Shown here in pieces: positions 10,390 through 20,448 of a stretch of DNA of 64,000 nucleotides. A program made the position numbers and the translations under genes. This stretch comes from Blastocatellia bacterium. GTDB taxonomy: Bacteria; Acidobacteriota; Blastocatellia; UBA7656. The notes beneath the pieces are model-generated. The model saw only the letters and a list, made by a program, of their open reading frames with translations, was not told where the DNA came from and did not search any database. The stretch spans positions 160,001 to 224,000 of the forward strand of contig CAVXWP010000004.1 in the NCBI GenBank assembly GCA_963765495.1, read 5' to 3'. Numbering within the stretch: position 1 is the first letter of the stretch; each line of letters starts with the position of its first letter.

Positions 10390-11349
10390 TCAAATATGAG
10401 GGTATTCTGCTCGCCTTTTGTGCCTGTAGTTTTGAAGGATTTTGTGAACCTGCCGCGGGCTGACTTTTTCTATTCGCTCGGCAATGCTGTAGTGCAATCC
10501 GTGCTCGGGTGGAGAAGGCAGGGTCAGGTATTCGGAATAAGCGTCAAGTATATTCTGCTGGATTTCGGGCGACGGATCGGGAACGTTGGCAAACGAGCGT
10601 TCATCATCGTGGAGCACGTCTAGCCATCTGAGCACCTGCCACCTGGTAACAAATTTAAGCTCTTCGGCTATCTTTGCGGGCAACTCTGTCAGCCGATAAC
10701 GCTCATTTTCAAGTTCCTGCCAGTAGAGTTTTTCCACCTCGAAAAGCTGCTGGCGCGTAGGCGTGGGCGTAGGCGATTTTTGATACTCCGCAAGCGACCA
10801 CTCTCGAATCACCTTCATTACCTGCTTATACGGAACATTGAGCGCGAGGCTGATGGCGCGGCGGCGTCCCCCTTCCGGGCGATGCCCGCTTTCGACAAAC
10901 CTTTGATACATCTGGATCGCGCGCGCCTTCTGCTCCTCTGAAATCGTGGCGCTGGCGTGGCTCAATTCGCGCAGCACATCGGCAACAAGCTGTCGCTTCA
11001 GCCATAGCTTGTTGGCTATCTGAGAATGAGCTTCTTTAAGAGAGACATCTCCGTTTCTGTACTCCTCTTCGTACATCTGAATGATTCGTTCGCGAATCTC
11101 GGGAGTCATTTCGGAGGCTTTGGGCGCTCGCATAACCCGCTGTTTGCGCGGGGCCGCAGACGGAAAACTCGACGGTGAGGCAGGTCTGGGAGCCACGCGG
11201 GTGGCTTGCGCTACAACTTTTGGCGGCGCGGGAACATGTTTAACGACCTTTTTCTTTACGCACTTCAGACAGTACATGGCCTTCCGGTCGGGCGAAAAGA
11301 AGGTCGAGTTACACACTGAACACGTTCTGCGAAATTTCATTCCACTCAT
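10390..11349 (-). CDS. Hypothetical protein: N-terminal Zn ribbon plus four HTH-like repeats
   Basis: CSVC...CLKC, followed by four ~50-aa helical repeats ending in I(A/S)xxL..V...QV...L. Confidence 0.75.
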   Translation of the reverse strand: MSGMKFRRTCSVCNSTFFSPDRKAMYCLKCVKKKVVKHVPAPPKVVAQATRVAPRPASPSSFPSAAPRKQRVMRAPKASEMTPEIRERIIQMYEEEYRNGDVSLKEAHSQIANKLWLKRQLVADVLRELSHASATISEEQKARAIQMYQRFVESGHRPEGGRRRAISLALNVPYKQVMKVIREWSLAEYQKSPTPTPTRQQLFEVEKLYWQELENERYRLTELPAKIAEELKFVTRWQVLRWLDVLHDDERSFANVPDPSPEIQQNILDAYSEYLTLPSPPEHGLHYSIAERIEKVSPRQVHKILQNYRHKRRAEYPHI

Positions 11350-11427
11350 AATATTTCCCTAGTTTAGTTTCTAAGCTCTCAAACTTCAACCTTTCATCAT
11401 ATTTTCTGCCGCCAAATTTCACTTACC

Positions 11428-12468
11428 CTAATCTTTTAGAGTATAAGCCAGCAGCATCTGAGGCATCGCCTGCAAGGGCAGCATGGCGTTTGCGCAGCCT
11501 CTTTCGATAACAGAGCGCGGCATGCCAAAGACAACCGCCGTTTCGTTCGACTCCACGATCACGTGGCCGCCTGCCCTTCTCACTATCTCAGCGCCTCTTG
11601 CGCCATCCTCACCCATGCCTGTAAGCACGAGGGCGAGCGTTCTCGCTTCGCAAACCATTGATGCCGACTCAAACAGCGCATCAGCCGAAGGCGCGTGAAG
11701 ATCGGACGTTACGGGTTTACGGACTCGCATCTCCATCTCGCCTTGTTTGCCCGTAATCGTAGTCTGCATTCCAGCAGGTGCTATATAAATATTTCCTTTC
11801 AAGATCGGGCGCATATCGCTCGCCTCTTGAACTTTGTAATGAGAGAGCGAATTAAGTCTCTCGGCAAAAGGGGCCGTAAACCCGAACGGCATATGCTGAA
11901 CTATGATTATTGGCGAAGACAATCGCTTTGGTAAATGTGCAACCAGCCTCTGTATGGCGGCCGGTCCCCCCGTAGATGCAGCGATACAGATCACTTCGAC
12001 CTCGGCGTTGCGAGCATCCTGCTCGGCCTTAAGTATCTGAGCCATCTCATCGGCGCTCGTCTTCGGAACCGATGAGGGTCTGGCCAGCGCAGCCTCCTCT
12101 ACACGGCGGATGATCTTTTCTTCGAGGGTAGAGACCGCGGGTGTCGAGCGCGGAGTCGGCTTGAGAAGGAAATCAACCGCGCCGAGTTCGAGCGCCTTGA
12201 AGACGCGGTCGCGGTCGCTGAAGGAACTGCATACGACTATTGGAATCGGGCGAGTCTCCATCGCCCACCTGAGTACGCCAAACCCATCCATTCTTGGCAT
12301 CATCAAATCGAGCAAAACTATATCGGGATTAAGCTCGACGATTCGCTTTATAGCCACATCTCCATCTTCGGCCATCCCTACGACGGAAAGACGGCTCGAA
12401 CGCGCAAAAATCCGTGTGAAGCGCATGCGGTAATATGGCGAATCATCTACGATGAGCAAACGATGCAC
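11428..12468 (-). CDS. cheB: Chemotaxis response regulator protein-glutamate methylesterase
   Basis: REC domain (VDDS, LLDLMMP, KP) plus ASTGGP, VQHMP and LTGMGEDG. Confidence 0.96.
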   Translation of the reverse strand: MHRLLIVDDSPYYRMRFTRIFARSSRLSVVGMAEDGDVAIKRIVELNPDIVLLDLMMPRMDGFGVLRWAMETRPIPIVVCSSFSDRDRVFKALELGAVDFLLKPTPRSTPAVSTLEEKIIRRVEEAALARPSSVPKTSADEMAQILKAEQDARNAEVEVICIAASTGGPAAIQRLVAHLPKRLSSPIIIVQHMPFGFTAPFAERLNSLSHYKVQEASDMRPILKGNIYIAPAGMQTTITGKQGEMEMRVRKPVTSDLHAPSADALFESASMVCEARTLALVLTGMGEDGARGAEIVRRAGGHVIVESNETAVVFGMPRSVIERGCANAMLPLQAMPQMLLAYTLKD

Positions 12469-12487
12469 AGTTCCCTCTCAAACCGAT

Positions 12488-12606
12488 GCGTGAAGAGTGA
12501 ATCGTGATACGTTATTCGTGAAATAAGTAATGATCTTATAACCAGCCATCAAGCTGATAATCACGTATCACGATTCACTCTTCACGCATCACGATTCACT
12601 CTTCAC
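12488..12606. repeat. Inverted degenerate heptamer array (GTGA-centred) overlapping the cheR stop
   Basis: gcgtgaagagtgaatcgtgatacg...tcacgtatcacgattcactcttcacgcatcacgattcactcttcac. Confidence 0.8.
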
Positions 12607-13468
12607 CCTTCCTATGAGCAAGTTCGCGGCCAAACTGAACCGTCTTGAACCCTGTGCCAAGCGGCAGAAGCGATTCGGCATGGCCCAGCAAAAGGTACCC
12701 GCCGCCGCGCAGCATTCTATAAAAGGATTTCACGGTCTCTTTTGCCGCGTTGTCTTCGAAATACATCAGCACATTTCGGCAAAAGATCGCGTCAAATCGT
12801 CCCCTGCCTTTGTCGGTCTCGTCTGTCAGGTTGAGTTTCATCAAATTGAATTGCTCGAAATGAACCGAGGAGCGCAAGAGGTCGCTTACCGTCCACAACC
12901 CCTTTGAGACATGGGAAAAGTATTGTTTCTTGAACGAAGCATCCATCACGCGAAAGCTCGAAGAGGTATAGGTCCCGCGTACGCCCGCCTCGACTACCCT
13001 GTGGCTCAGATCGCTCGCAATAACCCGCGCCCGTCCGTTGCCAAGCAATCTTTGCTCGTTCATAAGCATAGCGACTGTAAAGGCCTCTTCGCCGGTCGAA
13101 CATCCCGCGCTCCATATCCTGAGCGGTCTTTCGCTGCGGGCGAGTTGCGGCAACAGATGTTCGGAGAAGAGATTGAGCTGACGCTTCTCTCTGAAAAAGT
13201 ATGTTTCGTGGACCGCTACCGCATCCAGCATCGCATCCATCTCTTCGCCGTCGAGGAGTTTCTCGTAATCTGAATAAGAGGTGACTCCGCGAACCCGCAG
13301 CCGGGGGGCAAGCCTGCGTTCAAGAATAAAACGCGCATTTTCGTCGCGGGCTACATAAATTCCGCTCGTCGTAGTAATGCGCCCTCTGAGTCGCTCGAAT
13401 GTCTTCGAGTCGAGTTCCGGTCCTTTCAACTTCGTGCTCATACCGATCTCACCATCCACATTAATCAC
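12596..13468 (-). CDS. cheR: Chemotaxis protein methyltransferase
   Basis: ETYFFRE, IWSAGCSTGEE, IFCRNVLMYF, LGHAESL. Confidence 0.96.
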   Translation of the reverse strand: MINVDGEIGMSTKLKGPELDSKTFERLRGRITTTSGIYVARDENARFILERRLAPRLRVRGVTSYSDYEKLLDGEEMDAMLDAVAVHETYFFREKRQLNLFSEHLLPQLARSERPLRIWSAGCSTGEEAFTVAMLMNEQRLLGNGRARVIASDLSHRVVEAGVRGTYTSSSFRVMDASFKKQYFSHVSKGLWTVSDLLRSSVHFEQFNLMKLNLTDETDKGRGRFDAIFCRNVLMYFEDNAAKETVKSFYRMLRGGGYLLLGHAESLLPLGTGFKTVQFGRELAHRKGEE

Positions 13469-13482
13469 GCCCGCTTCACGGG

Positions 13483-14004
13483 TTACATCTCACCCAATCG
13501 CTCTACATCAATGATAGGTATCTGTCTTTTTTCGCTCTTGAACAAAGCGCGAACCGGCCAGCCGAACCCTGCGCCCGCGCCCCGGTTGTTTTGAGAAGCT
13601 CGCGAGACGGGGTGAATCTTTTCAGGTGGCAGAACCACTACGCCTTCGACGCGGTCGGCAAGCAATCCGAGTTGAGCTTCTCCCTTCAAGAGAATCAGTC
13701 GTCGTCTCGCGGCCTTATGTCCCGCGCTCAGGCTCAGGTCTAGGATTATGATCATGTGCCCGCGAACGCTCGCTACACCCACGATCCCGTCAGGCGGGCT
13801 CGGCAGAGGAGAGACGACGGGGCAATCAACCACTCCGTCAGTATGCTCGACGCCTATGGCAAACTCTTCGCCCGCAATCTGAAATTGCAGCAGCGACACC
13901 TGTTCATGCTCATCCAAAGGCGTGTCGGGCGAGAACAATTCCAGAGGAATCGCGCCCCGGGCAAGGCTCGTTTCAGTGTCTTCCTTCCTGTTTTTTTTAC
14001 CCAT
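13483..14004 (-). CDS. cheW: Chemotaxis coupling protein
   Basis: PLPSPPDGIVGVASVRG..ILDL and GLLADRVEGV; operon context. Confidence 0.88.
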   Translation of the reverse strand: MGKKNRKEDTETSLARGAIPLELFSPDTPLDEHEQVSLLQFQIAGEEFAIGVEHTDGVVDCPVVSPLPSPPDGIVGVASVRGHMIIILDLSLSAGHKAARRRLILLKGEAQLGLLADRVEGVVVLPPEKIHPVSRASQNNRGAGAGFGWPVRALFKSEKRQIPIIDVERLGEM

Positions 14005-14071
14005 TCGCTTTATCTGAGTTCGCGGTCAAGAATTCGGTTGCCTGAGGTTTACAAGGATAATCGCCAGCCAA

Positions 14072-16225
14072 TCACATTCTCAAGCTTCTGAGTAGAAGCA
14101 GGCTCGGCAGATCAAGCACAAGGGCGACATCGCCGCCTTCAAGGTCCACCGCGCCGATGACTCCCTTGAATCGCTTTCCCAAAGAGCCAAGCGATTTTAC
14201 TATGATCTCGCGCTGCTCAAAAAAATTTTCCACGGCGACGGCCACGTGTCTTTCGGCGGCTCGCGTGATAAAGACCGGCACGCGAGGCGACCTGCTTTTG
14301 GCGGCGAGTTCACCGAGCCTTGCGCGCACGTTGCTTGAAAATGCGCCGCCCGAACTCGCGCTTTGAGACAGCACCCTCGCTCCTCCAAGCGCAAGCAGAT
14401 ACTTTAGCTCGACAAGCGGTATCGTAGAGTTGCGCCAGCGTATGTTTCGCTTGCCGTCCCGGCCTACGATGTCGCCCGCGCTCACGTAAAGCAATTCGAT
14501 GATCTGGCCTACATTGATCGCGTACCTCCACTGGTTCACACCGACAATAAAGGCCGAGATCATCACGAGCGTGGTCGGCACAACGAGTTCGAACCTTGTG
14601 CCCTTCCCTCTTTCGGAAAAGACCAGTATCTCTCCGCCCAGTTCGTGAATGGTGCGCTCGACGGCATCGAGCCCGACACCGCGACCCGAGACGGACGAGA
14701 CGTGTTCGGCGGTGGAAAAACCGGGCCGGAATATCAATCTGAGCGTCTCTTCGTAGCTCAGTTCTTCTTCGGGGTCGATAGCGCCTATCTCGATTGCGCG
14801 GGTGCGGACCTCCTCCGGGTCAATGCCGCGCCCGTCGTCGGAGATGGCAACAATGGCTCGTGTGCCGTCGAGGCTCGCCTCGATACGAATCTTGCTGCGA
14901 ATTCGCTTTCGCGCGGCTCGTCGTTCTGCGGAAGGCTCGAGCCCGTGGTCTATGGCATTGCGCAGGATATGGTAAATGGGGTCGCTTATGCGGTCTACGA
15001 TGACCTTGTCGAGTTGGGTTTCGCGTCCGGCCACTTCGACCGAAACGCTCTTTTTCAACTCGCGCCCAAGCCGTTCGGCGAGCCTTGCGGCGCGGGTAAA
15101 GGTCTGCGCAAGCGAGACCATACGGAGTTCGACAAGCCGCTCTTCAAGCTCCAGAAACTCACGCTCGATTCGCCGCGCGTTGAGCTTGAGATCAAAGCGC
15201 TCTCTGGCCCCCAGGCCCGCCGCTACCAGAATCTGATCGGCCATCGATGAGAGGGTTTGAGTTCGGATGGCAAGCTCGTGCGCAAGCCCCGACAGTTCGT
15301 CGATTTGAGACAGGTCTACGCGCACGCTGAGCGAAAGCGGCTGGAGAGATTCCTGAGCGAAGGTCTGCGGGAGGACAGCGGCAAATCTGCCCTTTTCAGG
15401 GCTTATGCTTCCCTCTTCGGTCTCCTTTTTCTTCTGTTTGCGGCCTACCCCGATAAGGGCTGCGCCCGCCCGCCGCCACGTGGAGCCTTTCAGATGCGAG
15501 ATTTTCCCGCCGAAGGGCTTTACAAGACGCTTGATGTCTGACTCTTTCATCTGAGCGGCGAAGATCAGCTTGAAAGCCACACAGGTCGGCTCTTCGGCAG
15601 GTTCAGGAAGCGTGGTTATGAGTTCGCCGTTTTCAGCAAGCTTTGACGTGAGTGCGCGATAATGTGTGTCGAGTTCGCCTACCTGAAATTGAACCACAAG
15701 AGCGAAAAACGATCTGCCGATGCGGAGGTTTTCGATTATTCTGTGTTCTTCATACTCGGTAAGCATCCCGCGTTCGCGCTCTGACAGACCGAGCGATTCT
15801 ATCTCGGCGGCATCCTTTCGGGCGCGGGCACGCGGCAGGGCAGCAATCGCCGCCAGAAGCTCGCGCAACCGATCAAACTCTTCTTCGGTGGCCGAGCCGC
15901 GAGCCGAGCCTCCGACAAGAGCCGCAAGCCCCGCGCCCGCTTCCTGCAATGCGGCGGTGGCCTCTCTATCGAGTGAAAGCCTGCCGAGCCTCATATCATC
16001 GAGCAGGTCTTCAAACTCGTGCGCAAGCGATTTGACATCAGGGAGGCCCATCATCCCTGACAGCCCCTTGAGCGAATGGACCGAACGAAATATGCGGTTG
16101 ATAAGATTTATATCGGGGCTCGACTCGCTGCTTGCATGCAACGAGTCGAGGTCGGAAAGCAATGAATCCAACAATTCTTCCGACTCGGAAAGATACTCAC
16201 TCAGTAGCGCCTTATCTTCTATCAT
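14072..16225 (-). CDS. cheA: Chemotaxis histidine kinase
   Basis: HPt IFRSVHSLKG, HILRNAIDHG, DDGRG, GFST..VSSVSGRGVGLD, C-terminal CheW domain; start trimmed to MIEDKALL. Confidence 0.95.
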   Translation of the reverse strand: MIEDKALLSEYLSESEELLDSLLSDLDSLHASSESSPDINLINRIFRSVHSLKGLSGMMGLPDVKSLAHEFEDLLDDMRLGRLSLDREATAALQEAGAGLAALVGGSARGSATEEEFDRLRELLAAIAALPRARARKDAAEIESLGLSERERGMLTEYEEHRIIENLRIGRSFFALVVQFQVGELDTHYRALTSKLAENGELITTLPEPAEEPTCVAFKLIFAAQMKESDIKRLVKPFGGKISHLKGSTWRRAGAALIGVGRKQKKKETEEGSISPEKGRFAAVLPQTFAQESLQPLSLSVRVDLSQIDELSGLAHELAIRTQTLSSMADQILVAAGLGARERFDLKLNARRIEREFLELEERLVELRMVSLAQTFTRAARLAERLGRELKKSVSVEVAGRETQLDKVIVDRISDPIYHILRNAIDHGLEPSAERRAARKRIRSKIRIEASLDGTRAIVAISDDGRGIDPEEVRTRAIEIGAIDPEEELSYEETLRLIFRPGFSTAEHVSSVSGRGVGLDAVERTIHELGGEILVFSERGKGTRFELVVPTTLVMISAFIVGVNQWRYAINVGQIIELLYVSAGDIVGRDGKRNIRWRNSTIPLVELKYLLALGGARVLSQSASSGGAFSSNVRARLGELAAKSRSPRVPVFITRAAERHVAVAVENFFEQREIIVKSLGSLGKRFKGVIGAVDLEGGDVALVLDLPSLLLLRSLRM

Positions 16226-16319
16226 AAGGTGACGGAACGAAGTGCAAATGGCAAAGAGCGAGGCGCAAGAGGCAAAGGGCGCTTTACTCCTGACTCTTTG
16301 CGCTTCGCTCTTCGCTCGT

Positions 16320-16769
16320 TCATTGCTTTGTGTTAGTAGCGATTGAGGCCGACTGATTGATATCAAGATCGCGTTTTATTGCATCAAGAATACCGTTAAT
16401 GAATTGTGTGGCTTCAAAGGTCGAAAACCTTCGAGCTATCTCAAGCGCTTCATTGATTACTACGGTTCTGGGAGTGTCCGACTCGTGGAGAAATTCGTAG
16501 ATTGCGAGACGCAGGATATTGCGATCGACTACGGCCATACGCGAAATACGCCAGTTTTCCGCCCGCTGCCTTATCAGATCATCTATCTCTTCCAGATGAG
16601 ATAAAGAGCCGAGCGTCAACCGATTGGCAAAATCTCTGGCAACATCGCCGACTTCATCGCCGAAGCTGTCCCAGTAATAGCCAATAATATCTTCGACCCG
16701 CGGTCGCGCAATGTCATATTGAAAGAGCATCTGTAAGGCACAAACGCGGGCCTTACGCCTGGCACCCAT
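16320..16769 (-). CDS. nusB: Transcription antitermination factor NusB
   Basis: RRKARVCALQ, WRISRMAVVDRNILRLA, VVINEALEIA, FINGILD; follows ribH. Confidence 0.96.
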   Translation of the reverse strand: MGARRKARVCALQMLFQYDIARPRVEDIIGYYWDSFGDEVGDVARDFANRLTLGSLSHLEEIDDLIRQRAENWRISRMAVVDRNILRLAIYEFLHESDTPRTVVINEALEIARRFSTFEATQFINGILDAIKRDLDINQSASIATNTKQ

Positions 16770-16803
16770 AACAAACCCGTTCCTTGATGTAAGAGTATGC
16801 CTC

Positions 16804-17286
16804 TCAGTCAGAGCGTCCACTACCAAATTCGCGATATAGATTTGCAAGCTCGACGGCAGTCATCGCAGCTTCAAACCCCTTGTTGCCGGATTTGGCTCCG
16901 GCGCGATCAATAGCCTGTTCGAGAGTGTCGGCTGTTATCACTCCCAGTGCGATAGGGAGGTTCGTTTCGAGAGATACGTGAGCGATGCCTTTGAAGACTT
17001 CGGAAGCGATGTATTCGTTATGTGAGGTTTCGCCTCGGATGATCACGCCAATGCAGACTACAGCATCATAGTCGCCGCTTGTGGCTGCTCTTTTCGTAGC
17101 CATCGGCAACTCGAAAGAACCCGGAACCCTTATGATCGTTATTGCGTCGTTTTGTGCGCCGAGCCGCTCGAAGGCATCGACTGCGCCGCTGATCAATCGG
17201 CTCACGACAAAATCGTTCCACCGGCTGGCAACGATTGCCACGCGAAGCCCTTCCGCGTTCAGCCGCCCCTGGATCGTCTTAGCCAA
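16804..17286 (-). CDS. ribH: 6,7-dimethyl-8-ribityllumazine synthase
   Basis: VPGSFELP, IRGETSH, GNKGFEAA; TTG start after SD GGGAG. Confidence 0.96.
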   Translation of the reverse strand: MAKTIQGRLNAEGLRVAIVASRWNDFVVSRLISGAVDAFERLGAQNDAITIIRVPGSFELPMATKRAATSGDYDAVVCIGVIIRGETSHNEYIASEVFKGIAHVSLETNLPIALGVITADTLEQAIDRAGAKSGNKGFEAAMTAVELANLYREFGSGRSD

Positions 17287-17424
17287 TTCGCGCAGTCTCC
17301 CTTCCAATTCGGCTCCGTTTTTTGCCCTATTTCCTCAAACAGATACGGCAGCCATTTTCAATCAACGACTGGGACGAGTATAGGCGGCTACTCGCAGGCA
17401 TGTCAAGTTAAGCCAATTCCCGTC

Positions 17425-17580
17425 CAGGGCCATTGCAAAGTCGAGCAAGAATGTAGGGGCAGGGCTTGTCCCTGCCCGAATCGCGCTTACGCGCGATGGC
17501 AGTCATCGCCCTTCGGGCGATCCGGGCAGGGACAAGCCCTGCCCCTACAATACATGTCAAGCTACTTTGCTATGGCCCTG
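17425..17580. mobile_element. Non-autonomous MITE with CAGGG ends (ISAs1-like) and 10-bp target duplication
   Basis: TIRs CAGGGCCATTGCAAAGT / ACTTTGCTATGGCCCTG (1 mismatch in 17); AATTCCCGTC at 17415-17424 and 17581-17590. Confidence 0.75.
17452..17549. repeat. GTAG-type REP inverted doublet (REPIN-like)
   Basis: TGTAGGGGCAGGGCTTGTCCCTGCCCG and its exact reverse complement; each copy is a GTAG tail plus palindrome. Confidence 0.85.
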
Positions 17581-17770
17581 AATTCCCGTCCAGGGCAGTT
17601 TGAAGGCCGGGTGGGACGCAGGCGTCGTGCCACTTGCAAACAGCCCCGCCGATTCTCACATAATCTTTCGTATTCCGAGCACTGCGTGTACAATAACAAG
17701 TTCTTATTGCGGTGTGAGAGCCGGCCTTGCGGGTTTCGGCACGCCGACCGGGTAGCTTTGGAGGTAAAGG

Positions 17771-18913
17771 ATGAATTTCGAGCTTAATGAAGAGCAGCAA
17801 CAGATAAAGCACTCCATACGCGAATTCGCCGAGGCCGAGCTTGGGCCTCACGTTCTGGAGTGGGACGAGTCGCAGCATTTCCCTATAGAATTACTGCCCA
17901 AGTTTGCCGAGCTTGGAATCACGGGCGTGATGTTCCCCGAAGAGTACGGGGGCGCAGGGATGGGTTATGTCGAGTATGCGACCATTATCGAAGAGCTGGC
18001 TCGCGTTGACCCTTCGATAGGGCTCTCGATTGCCGCTCATAATTCGCTCGGAGCCGGTCACGTCTATCTGGCGGCAAACGATCAGCAAAAAGAGAAATAC
18101 CTCGCACCCATGGCTCGCGGCCAGTATCTGGGAGCCTGGGGACTTACCGAGCCAAGCTCGGGGTCGGATGCGAGTTCAATGCGTACCGCCGCTGTCCGGC
18201 GAAACGGCGGATGGGTGTTAAGCGGTTCGAAAAACTTCATCACAAACGCTACCTTTGCCGGAATCACCGTGGCCCTCGCCATCACGGACAGAACCGCCGG
18301 GACTCACGGCATCTCGGCTTTTATCGTAGAGCGCGCGACAAAAGGATTTTCAATTGCAAAGAAAGAGAACAAACTCGGCATGCGCGCAAGCGACACGGCG
18401 GCGCTCGTCTTTGATGACTGCTTTATCCCGGACTCGAATCTGATAGGCGAGCCGGGACAGGGTTTTATTCAGGCCATGCGCGTGCTCGACGGCGGGCGCA
18501 TCTCGATTGCGGCGCTCGCAATAGGCATAGCTCAGGGCGCATACGAAGCGGCATTGAAATATTCCAAAGAGCGCTATCAATTTGGCAGACCCATTGCCGA
18601 ATTTCAGGCCATTCAGTTCAAACTCGCAGACATGGCCACGCAGATTGAGGCCGCACGGTTGTTAACCCTTCGCTCGGCGGCGCTCAAGGATCAGGGCAAG
18701 GTGACTACAAAAGAATCGTCTATGGCCAAGCTCTATGCCAGCGAAGTGGCTGTGCGGGTCGCCGAAGAGTCGGTTCAGATTCACGGCGGTTACGGTTATA
18801 TAAAGGACTATCCGGCTGAGAAATTCTGGCGCGATTCAAAGCTTTGCACCATTGGCGAAGGCACGAGCGAAGTGCAACGCATTGTGATCGCCCGACAGCT
18901 TTTGAGGGGATAA
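17771..18913 (+). CDS. Acyl-CoA dehydrogenase (short/branched-chain type)
   Basis: [43 protein letters not shown]. Confidence 0.95.
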   Translation: MNFELNEEQQQIKHSIREFAEAELGPHVLEWDESQHFPIELLPKFAELGITGVMFPEEYGGAGMGYVEYATIIEELARVDPSIGLSIAAHNSLGAGHVYLAANDQQKEKYLAPMARGQYLGAWGLTEPSSGSDASSMRTAAVRRNGGWVLSGSKNFITNATFAGITVALAITDRTAGTHGISAFIVERATKGFSIAKKENKLGMRASDTAALVFDDCFIPDSNLIGEPGQGFIQAMRVLDGGRISIAALAIGIAQGAYEAALKYSKERYQFGRPIAEFQAIQFKLADMATQIEAARLLTLRSAALKDQGKVTTKESSMAKLYASEVAVRVAEESVQIHGGYGYIKDYPAEKFWRDSKLCTIGEGTSEVQRIVIARQLLRG

Positions 18914-18914
18914 C

Positions 18915-19008
18915 GCGAAGCGTGATGCGTGATGCGTGACTTTCAGGCAGATGGCTGATAACAGGAAATTGCCTCCATCACGCTTCACGCTTCACGCTTC
19001 ACGCTTCA
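18915..19008. repeat. Inverted heptamer array (GCGTGAW)n...(TCACGCT)n
   Basis: Opposed arms fill the ACAD-meaB gap. Confidence 0.88.
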
Positions 19009-19018
19009 CCAACCACGC

Positions 19019-19960
19019 ATGACGATTTCGGAAAAGATCATAAGCGGAGACAAGCGTTTCATCGGACGCGCCATCAGCATGGTCGAAGACCTCCGCCCCG
19101 ACGCCGCCGAGTTGCTCAAAGAGATTTATCCTCACACGGGCCGCGCTCTCGTCATAGGGATAACGGGGGCTCCCGGCGCGGGCAAGAGCACTCTCGTTGA
19201 CCGACTGGCCGCACATTATCGCGGGCTTGATGAAAAGGTGGGCATCATCGCCGTTGATCCTTCGAGCCCCTTCACCGGAGGCGCGATCTTAGGCGACAGG
19301 ATTCGCATGCAGGGTATGGCCACCGACCCGGGCATCTTTATCCGCAGCATGGCTGCTCGCGGCCATCTCGGCGGACTCGCGCGCGCGACGGTCGATGCGG
19401 TAGCGATACTGGATGCCGCCGGGTATAATAAAGTGATTGTCGAAACGGTCGGCGTGGGACAGGACGAAGTTGATATTGTGAAGACGGCTGATGTTACCGT
19501 GGTAGTGCTCGTCCCCGGAATGGGCGACGACATTCAGGCCATAAAGGCAGGGATAATGGAGATCGGCGATGTCTTCGCCATCAACAAGGCCGACCGCGAC
19601 GGGGTGTTAAGGACCGAGCGAGAGCTTGAATCGCTGCTTTCGATCTCGGAAAGGCCCGATGGTTGGAAGCCCCAAATAGTCAAGACGATTGCGACCGAAG
19701 ATAATGGGATTGACAGGCTGGCTGAGGCGATTCATGGTTACGCAGATTTCGTAGCATCGAATCAGGAGCGGGGCGAAGACAGGCGCGCAAGCGTAGCCGA
19801 GCACCGGATAATTGAAATGCTCCGCGACAGGCTTCTGAGGCTGGCTCTTGAAAAAGCAGTGAACCGGGACGAGTTGCGTGCGCTGGCACAGTCGGTGGCC
19901 GATCGCCGCCGCGATCCCTACTCGGCAGTCGACGAGATTATCGCGCGACTCGGTATTTAG
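19019..19960 (+). CDS. meaB: Methylmalonyl-CoA mutase-associated GTPase
   Basis: GAPGAGKST, VDPSSPFTGGAILGDRIRM, ETVGVGQ, KAGIMEI, NKAD. Confidence 0.95.
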   Translation: MTISEKIISGDKRFIGRAISMVEDLRPDAAELLKEIYPHTGRALVIGITGAPGAGKSTLVDRLAAHYRGLDEKVGIIAVDPSSPFTGGAILGDRIRMQGMATDPGIFIRSMAARGHLGGLARATVDAVAILDAAGYNKVIVETVGVGQDEVDIVKTADVTVVVLVPGMGDDIQAIKAGIMEIGDVFAINKADRDGVLRTERELESLLSISERPDGWKPQIVKTIATEDNGIDRLAEAIHGYADFVASNQERGEDRRASVAEHRIIEMLRDRLLRLALEKAVNRDELRALAQSVADRRRDPYSAVDEIIARLGI

Positions 19961-20034
19961 CGAGTTGTCCCTCGTTGTTAAGAGTTGATTGCAAAGGGCA
20001 ACCGATAAGGGATAACTGACAACTAAAGGGATTT

Positions 20035-20448
20035 ATGAAAATAGACCATTTAGGAATAGCAGTTCGCTCGATTCAGGACTCGCTCGCCTTTTACCGTGAC
20101 ATGCTCGGGCTTGAACTCTCAGGCCAGGAAACGGTAGAAGACCAGGGCGTACACGTAGCGCTTCTGCCTGCGGGCGAGGCGCGAATCGAGCTTCTGGAGC
20201 CGATTTCAGACGATACTACGGTGGGCCGCTTTATCGCTAAACGCGGAGAAGGACTGCATCATATTTGCTATGAGGTCGAAGACCTGCAATCCAGATTGGA
20301 AAAGCTCAATTCGCAGGGCGCGCGGTTGCTCGATGGTTATCCGCGACGCGGCGCTGAGGGCAAACTTGTTGCCTTTCTGCACCCGGCGAGCGCTAACGGC
20401 GTTCTCGTCGAACTGGTTGAAAAGGCGAGGATACCGGAAGGAGATTAA
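20035..20448 (+). CDS. mce: Methylmalonyl-CoA epimerase
   Basis: IDHLGIAV, IELLEP, GEGLHHI, FLHP..NGVLVELVE; next to meaB. Confidence 0.93.
   Translation: MKIDHLGIAVRSIQDSLAFYRDMLGLELSGQETVEDQGVHVALLPAGEARIELLEPISDDTTVGRFIAKRGEGLHHICYEVEDLQSRLEKLNSQGARLLDGYPRRGAEGKLVAFLHPASANGVLVELVEKARIPEGD

Noticed and set aside
17290-17420. FMN riboswitch upstream of ribH
   Set aside because: No FMN aptamer motifs are visible; the nearby structure is a MITE/REP.
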